NCBI GenBank assembly: GCA_947467605.1
Contig: CANIII010000001.1
Coordinates: 56,846-120,845, forward strand
Length of the DNA: 64,000 bases
Direction of reading: 5' to 3'
Source: Acidobacteriota bacterium
GTDB taxonomy: Bacteria; Acidobacteriota; Vicinamibacteria; Vicinamibacterales; SCN-69-37
Part shown: positions 58,927-64,000 of the stretch, one piece after another
How positions within the stretch are numbered: position 1 is the first letter of the stretch
How the letters are laid out: the number at the start of each line of letters is the position of its first letter
The notes under the pieces: generated by a model
Told to the model about the DNA's origin: nothing
Seen by the model: the letters and a program-made list of their open reading frames with translations, nothing else
The model's database searches: none
Translations under genes and position numbers: made by a program

Positions 58927-60096
58927 CTACGACTTCAGGGCGTGCTCGAAATCATCGGGATGAATCGCGCGCCCGAGCGCTTCCGCCTTGTCGATGATGC
59001 CGGTCCGCACGAGCCGCGCAAGACACTCTTCAAGTGACAGTGAGCCGTTCTTGCGCGTGAGCGTGATTTCCTGATGGAGATGCTGCAGCGCGTTGCGGCG
59101 GATATGCTGCCGCGCGCCGTAGCCCACCATCAGCAGTTCCGCAGCCGGCACACGTCCGCCTGCGACGCGCGGCACGAGCGTTTGCACAAACACCGCTGAC
59201 AAGGCCGCGGCAATTTCCTGCCGAATCGTGTTCTGACGTTCGGCAGGAAACGAATCGGCGATACGCGCAATTGTCGAGGCGGTATCGGTGGTGTGCAGCG
59301 TCGAGAACACGAGGTGCCCGGTCTCACCCGCGGCCATCGCGATCTTCATCGTCTCGGCATCGCGCATTTCGCCGACGACGAGGATGTCGGGGGCCTGGCG
59401 AAGGGCCGAGCGCAGCGCGGTCGGAAAGTCGGGCGCGTCGATGCCGATTTCGATCTGCTGAATGATGCTCTTCTGATTCGTGTGTTCGAACTCGATCGGG
59501 TCTTCAACCGTGATGATGTGCCTGGCCTCGCGACGATTGATGTCATCGACGATGGCCGCCAGCGTCGTGGATTTGCCTGACCCGGTCGAGCCGCCGATCA
59601 GCACGAGACCCCGCATGAGTTTGGCCAGCGCGTCCGTGCCCGGCGGCAGATCGAGGGACGCGAGCGACGGCACGCGCCGTGGCAGGGCGCGGATCACCGC
59701 GGCGGCGCGTCCGCGCTCACGATGCAGATTGATGCGAAACCGGCCCGCACCAGCGACGGCGCGCGAGGCATCGGCGATCCCCCGCTCGCGAAAATCCTTC
59801 TGTGCATGCAGCGGCAACACGGGCACCACGAGGTCTTCGATCTCGAGACCGTCGAGCGGTCCAGACTCGCTGCGTTGCAGGATGCCGTTGATCCGAATCG
59901 TCGGCGGTTCACCGGCGACGAGGAGCAAATCGCTCCCGCGACGCTCACTGAGCAGTCGCAACCAGCCATCGAGCTTTGACTCCGCGCCGCCGCTGCCACC
60001 GCCAGTTGGCGCATCGAGCCGCGCGTGGCGGGCCTTGCCATCGCCGAGGCCATCGAGCGCCTCTGCGAGCGCGTCGAGGTCGTCCAGATCACTCAC
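58927..60096 (-). CDS. pilT: PilT-family type IV pilus retraction ATPase
   Basis: Walker A GGSTGSGKSTTL, ITVEDPIEF, ILVGEMRD, and the His box FSTLHT. Acidic N-terminal extension of about 50 aa. Confidence 0.8.
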   Translation of the reverse strand: MSDLDDLDALAEALDGLGDGKARHARLDAPTGGGSGGAESKLDGWLRLLSERRGSDLLLVAGEPPTIRINGILQRSESGPLDGLEIEDLVVPVLPLHAQKDFRERGIADASRAVAGAGRFRINLHRERGRAAAVIRALPRRVPSLASLDLPPGTDALAKLMRGLVLIGGSTGSGKSTTLAAIVDDINRREARHIITVEDPIEFEHTNQKSIIQQIEIGIDAPDFPTALRSALRQAPDILVVGEMRDAETMKIAMAAGETGHLVFSTLHTTDTASTIARIADSFPAERQNTIRQEIAAALSAVFVQTLVPRVAGGRVPAAELLMVGYGARQHIRRNALQHLHQEITLTRKNGSLSLEECLARLVRTGIIDKAEALGRAIHPDDFEHALKS

Positions 60097-60695
60097 GCGG
60101 GTCCGTCCATCGTGACGCCGAGGTCACGGATGACGCCGTCGTGCAGGTCGTAGATCCAGCCATGGATCGTCACGGATTGCCCGCGCGCCCAGGCCTCGCG
60201 CAACGTTGGCGTGTCGGCCACATTGCGCACCTGCGCCTTCACGTTCATCTCGCAGAGACGGCTCCAGCGGTCGTCCTCGGCGAGCACGTCGAGCTCCGAC
60301 GACTCGTGGTTGCGTAGCACGCGCAGTGGCGCGAGCCACGACTCGAGCGGCTGACCGACCGGCGCGCCCAGTGCCGCCAGCACACCGCCGCACTGATAGT
60401 GGCCCGTCACGATGATGTGCTTCACGCGCAGCGTGTCCACGGCATATTGGACGACCGACAGGCAATTCGGGTCGTAAGGGTGAACGATATTCGCGACGTT
60501 GCGGTGCACAAACAGCTCGCCCGGGCGCAAGCCAACGATCTGATTGGCAGGGACGCGGCTGTCCGAACAACCGATCCACAGGTAATCCGGCCGCTGAATC
60601 TCCGTGAGCTTCGAAAAGAAGCCCGGCTCCTCACGGCGATGCCGCTCGGCCCACGTCTTGTTATTCGCTAGCAGTTCAGAAAGCTGGTCAACCAT
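60093..60695 (-). CDS. Beta-class carbonic anhydrase
   Basis: IGCSDSRVPANQI and VTGHYQCGGV zinc-ligand motifs. Its stop overlaps the pilT start (ATGA). Confidence 0.85.
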   Translation of the reverse strand: MVDQLSELLANNKTWAERHRREEPGFFSKLTEIQRPDYLWIGCSDSRVPANQIVGLRPGELFVHRNVANIVHPYDPNCLSVVQYAVDTLRVKHIIVTGHYQCGGVLAALGAPVGQPLESWLAPLRVLRNHESSELDVLAEDDRWSRLCEMNVKAQVRNVADTPTLREAWARGQSVTIHGWIYDLHDGVIRDLGVTMDGPA

Positions 60696-60724
60696 TCCTG
60701 CGATTCTGACACCGATTCCTGCGA
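60694..60724 (-). promoter_or_regulatory. 10-bp direct repeat (TCGCAGGAAT x2, 21-bp period) at the start of the carbonic anhydrase-pilT operon
   Basis: On the plus strand, ATTCCTGCGA occurs at 60694..60703 and 60715..60724. The proximal copy contains two bases of the start codon (60695..60693). Confidence 0.25.
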
Positions 60725-60740
60725 CTGCCGCACCGAGGCA

Positions 60741-62084
60741 CTATCTGAGTGCGGCGATCCACGCCGCGATATCGGTGATCACCTCGACGGGCACATGACC
60801 GGCGACGTCGTACTCGGCCGGCAAGCTCTTGCCGGCACCGGGCAAGAAGAGGTGATTCAGTGCGGGATAGGTGTGAAACGTCACCCCGGCTTTGCCTGAG
60901 AGCGCGGCCTTCCACTTCGCGAAGTCATCGGCCATCGTCACTTGATAGTCGCGCTCGCCCTGGAGAATCAGCATTGGTTGCTTGAGCGACTTGGCTGATG
61001 TCGGCGGATCATATCCGCGCAGATCGAACCAGTAGGACGCCGGCGCGCCCTGAATCATCCTGCCGCTCACCGCATCGGCCGGTGTCAACGCGGCCACGGC
61101 CTTCACAAGTCCTTCCGCGTCGTCGATGGCCTTTTGTTCGTCAGCGGTCACGCGCCCATCAGCTTCAGCGAAATATCGATTCTGCCGAACGATTGTTTCC
61201 GGCAAGCCGTTCGTCGCGCCGGCCATGGAGATCAGTCCAGCGATGTTCGCGTCCGCGGAGCCGATGCGCGGAATCAGCATTCCGCCAAGGCTGTGGCCAA
61301 TCACGACGATCCGCGCCGGATTGACCTTCGGCGTTTTGCGCAACAGTGCCACCGCCATCAACGCATCGTCCACCGACTCGTCCTTGACGGTCATGTTTGG
61401 AAGGGCCGCCATCTTCGCGCCAAACACTTTGCTGCGCTTCTCATAGCGCAACACCGCGACGCCCCGAGATGCGAGACCCAGCGCCAGGTCTTTGAACGTC
61501 TTGTTCGGACCGAACGACTCATCACGATCGTTGGGTCCGGAACCATGCACCAGCACCACGGCCGCAAACGGTCCAGCCCCTGTCGGCATCGTCAATGTGC
61601 CAGGCAGTGGCCAGCCGGGACCACCAACGATCACGTCAGACTCGGTGTATTTCGTGGGATCCACGTAGGCCGGCGGCGCCCACGGCGCGGCCGGGGGTGC
61701 GTAGGGTCGCACGTTGAACCCACCAATCAACCCCGCGGGGTTGTACGCCACGATGATATCGAGCGCGGCACGCTCGAAATCACACGTGACGATCGCGCGA
61801 CGCATGTCGCCGACCACTTCCACCCGTGCGCCACGCTGGCTCTTGAACGCACCGGCCTGCATCGCGAGTGTTGCCCATGTGGCTCTCAACTTGTCCTCGG
61901 GCAGCGCGGCCTTCATCTGATCGGTGAAGAGCGCTTCGGCCGCCGCGAACTGTTGCTTTTCCAACATCTCGACAAACGCCCGTGCTTGCGGCGACACATC
62001 GGCCGCTTGCGGAGTCTGCACCGCCGCCACGCTCGCAGCCAGACACACAGTGACGATCACCGCCAACCCGATGACTCTTTGCAT
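60741..62084 (-). CDS. Exported alpha/beta hydrolase (S33/S9-like) with N-terminal DUF3887-like domain
   Basis: Signal peptide. Nucleophile elbow VIGHSLGG. VLVHGSGPNDRDE. Confidence 0.75.
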   Translation of the reverse strand: MQRVIGLAVIVTVCLAASVAAVQTPQAADVSPQARAFVEMLEKQQFAAAEALFTDQMKAALPEDKLRATWATLAMQAGAFKSQRGARVEVVGDMRRAIVTCDFERAALDIIVAYNPAGLIGGFNVRPYAPPAAPWAPPAYVDPTKYTESDVIVGGPGWPLPGTLTMPTGAGPFAAVVLVHGSGPNDRDESFGPNKTFKDLALGLASRGVAVLRYEKRSKVFGAKMAALPNMTVKDESVDDALMAVALLRKTPKVNPARIVVIGHSLGGMLIPRIGSADANIAGLISMAGATNGLPETIVRQNRYFAEADGRVTADEQKAIDDAEGLVKAVAALTPADAVSGRMIQGAPASYWFDLRGYDPPTSAKSLKQPMLILQGERDYQVTMADDFAKWKAALSGKAGVTFHTYPALNHLFLPGAGKSLPAEYDVAGHVPVEVITDIAAWIAALR

Positions 62085-62127
62085 TTCGGTAGTGTGCCAC
62101 AGGGGGCCAACCCGTTAGAGTTCAGGT

Positions 62128-63559
62128 ATGAAGCGCACACTCCTTCTGCTGCTGGCCCTCGCGACGCCCCTCGGTGCACAGGCGCCGTCGACCGGTTACG
62201 TCGCCGGAAAGCTCACACCTCACCAGTTGCTGTCGCGCGACATTTACAAACAGCTGATCGAGATCAACAGCGCAGACAAAACTGGCAAGGTCACGCCGGC
62301 GGCCGAGGCCATGGCCGCGCGCGTGCGAGACGCCGGCTTCGCGGCGAGCGACATCTTCGTCGGCGGCGCGCGACCCGAGAAAACACAACCTCGTCGTGCG
62401 CCTCCACGGCCGCGCAGGCACGACGCGCAAGCCACTGCTGCTGCTGGCGCACATCGACGTGGTCGAAGCCCTGAAGGCCGACTGGTCCGACAACCTGGAT
62501 CCCTTCGTCTTCACCGAGCGCGATGGCTACTACTACGGCCGCGGCACGGCTGACGACAAGGCGATGGCGGCGATCTTCATCGCGAACATCATTCGTCTCA
62601 AGCAGGAAGCCTACGTTCCCGACCGCGACATCATCGTTGCGCTGACCGCCGACGAAGAAGGCGGCACGGCGAACGGGGTCGACTGGCTGCTCAAGAATCA
62701 TCGCGCACTCGTCGATGCGGGCCTCGTCTTCAACGAGGGCGGCGGCGGCACCACGCGGGAGGGCAAGCCGCTGTTCAACGCGGTGCAGGCCACCGAAAAG
62801 GTGTTCGCAAACATCACGGTGCGGACCACAAACAAGGGCGGGCATTCATCGGTGCCACGCCCCGATAACGCCATCACGCAGTTGTCCGACGCGCTCGCCA
62901 AAGTGGGCCGCTACAACTTTCCGATCCAGTTCAACGACGTGACGCGCGGGTTCTTCACCGAGACGGCGAAGGTCGAGATGCCTGCGATGAGCAAGGCCAT
63001 GCTGGCGCTCGTCGCCAATCCGAAAGACTCCGCGGCCGCAGCGATCGTCACGAAGGACGCCCGCTACAACTCGATGCTGCGAACGACCTGCGTCGCCACG
63101 CTGCTCAAGGGCGGCCATGCAGAGAACGCGTTGCCGCAACTGGCCGAGGCGAACGTCAATTGCCGTATGTTCCCGGGCGACACCGCAGAAGGCACGCGGG
63201 CGGCGCTCGCCGCAGCCATCGGCGATCCGGGCGTCGAGGTCTCGGCTTCGTTTGAAAAGCGTCCGCCCGAGCCGCCATCGCCGCTGCTGCCTGAGTTGTT
63301 CGAACCGGTCACGCGCATCACCCACGAGATGTTCGGCAACATCCCGGTCATCCCGCTCATGGGCACGGGCGCGACTGACTCGCGCTACTTCCGGCAGATC
63401 AACATTCCGGCGTTCGGCGTCTCGGGGCTCTTCTCGGATCCAACCGTCGATGCGCGCGCCCACGGCCGCGATGAACGGATGCGCGTGCAGTCGTTGTTCG
63501 AAGGTCAAGAGTTTCTGTATCGACTGACCAAGGCGGTCAGCCAAAAAGCCGGGAGTTAA
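62128..63559 (+). pseudogene. Exported M20 family peptidase split by a +1 frame change in an A-run (62380..62383)
   Basis: Frame 1 reads MKRTLLLLLALATPLGAQA...DIFVGGARPEK and then becomes Arg/Pro-rich nonsense. Frame 2 (track ORF 62396..63559) continues ...NLVVRLHGRAGTTRKPLLLLAHIDVVEA...GRGTADDKAMAA. Removing one A from GAGAAAACAC gives the contiguous reading PEKHNLVVRLHG. Confidence 0.7.
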
Positions 63560-63581
63560 TTGGCAATTAACTCCCGGCTTT
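63545..63581. repeat. REP palindrome, diverged copy 4
   Basis: AAAGCCGGGAGTTAATTG-G-CAATTAACTCCCGGCTTT. It shares the core CGGGAGTTAATT with copies 1-3. Confidence 0.8.
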
Positions 63582-64000
63582 AATTACCTCGAGCACGGCC
63601 TCGCCGAGGTCGTTGACCTTTTTCTCGCCGAAGCCATAGATGTGGCGCATCGCGTCCATGTCGGCCGGCTTGAGGCGGGCGAGTTCGCGCAGCGTGGTGT
63701 CGTGGAAGATGACATACGGCGGCACACCGCGCTCGCGTGCGACGCGCAGGCGCAACGCACGTAGTTCCTCGAACAGATCCTTGTCGACGCCGCTCCACGA
63801 CTCGGTCTCGGTCTTCGACCGCTTCGGCAGCTTGCCCTTCTCCACCTTGCGCTGACGTGCGAGGACCAGACCAGGCGCCGCGCCGGCATCCTTCAGCAAG
63901 GCCACACCCTCGGCGGTCATCATCAGGATGGGATACTCGCCGTCGGTCTGCACGAGAAAGCCTTCGGCGATCAGCTGCTCGATGTAGCCGCGGACTTCGT
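63567..64000 (-). CDS. recQ: ATP-dependent DNA helicase RecQ, C-terminal part (gene continues past the right edge)
   Basis: HRDC domain DLFEELRALRLRVARERGVPPYVIFHDTTLRELARLKPADMDAMRHIYGFGEKKV. The frame stays open to position 64000 (EVRGYIEQLIAEGFLVQTDGEY, an RQC-like region). Confidence 0.8.
   Translation of the reverse strand, partial: EVRGYIEQLIAEGFLVQTDGEYPILMMTAEGVALLKDAGAAPGLVLARQRKVEKGKLPKRSKTETESWSGVDKDLFEELRALRLRVARERGVPPYVIFHDTTLRELARLKPADMDAMRHIYGFGEKKVNDLGEAVLEVIKAGS

Overview
GC-rich bacterial chromosomal window. The gene content (a VWA protein of the acidobacterial TIGR03436 type, a tricorn-like protease, a CBM9/DUF5916 barrel, many exported metallopeptidases) suggests Acidobacteriota or a similar soil lineage; this is inference only. 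I can support about 60 protein-coding genes, one tRNA-Leu(UAG), two intrinsic terminators and several repeat or palindrome elements.

Most of the window is ordinary core genome:
- tig-clpP-clpX-lon, engB-rho, rpmE, truA and the 3' end of recQ.
- A mrfA/mrfB-like helicase-exonuclease pair.
- An NtrC-type two-component set.
- Redox and stress genes and many peptidases (M4, two M28, two M20, tricorn, S33-type hydrolases).

Most long antisense ORFs in the six-frame track are GC-rich shadow ORFs and are not called.

I do not see a convincing new multi-gene system. The features most worth a second look are:
1. A REP/RAYT family whose palindrome arms supply the stop codons and last residues of four different genes.
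2. A 120-bp nested palindrome that fills a divergent promoter region.
3. Three exported-protein genes, each broken by a single lesion (an in-frame TAA, a 1-nt frame change after a signal peptide, and an extra A in an A-run).
4. A sigma-54 activator paralogue with degenerate receiver and ATPase motifs.
5. A tri-domain acyl-ligase/carrier/PlsC fusion.
6. A TMEM175-like channel translationally coupled to a WYL regulator.
7. A lower-GC PadR operon with tandem membrane-protein paralogues that reads in frame into an M28 peptidase.

All family assignments come from motifs I recognised by eye. No searches were run.
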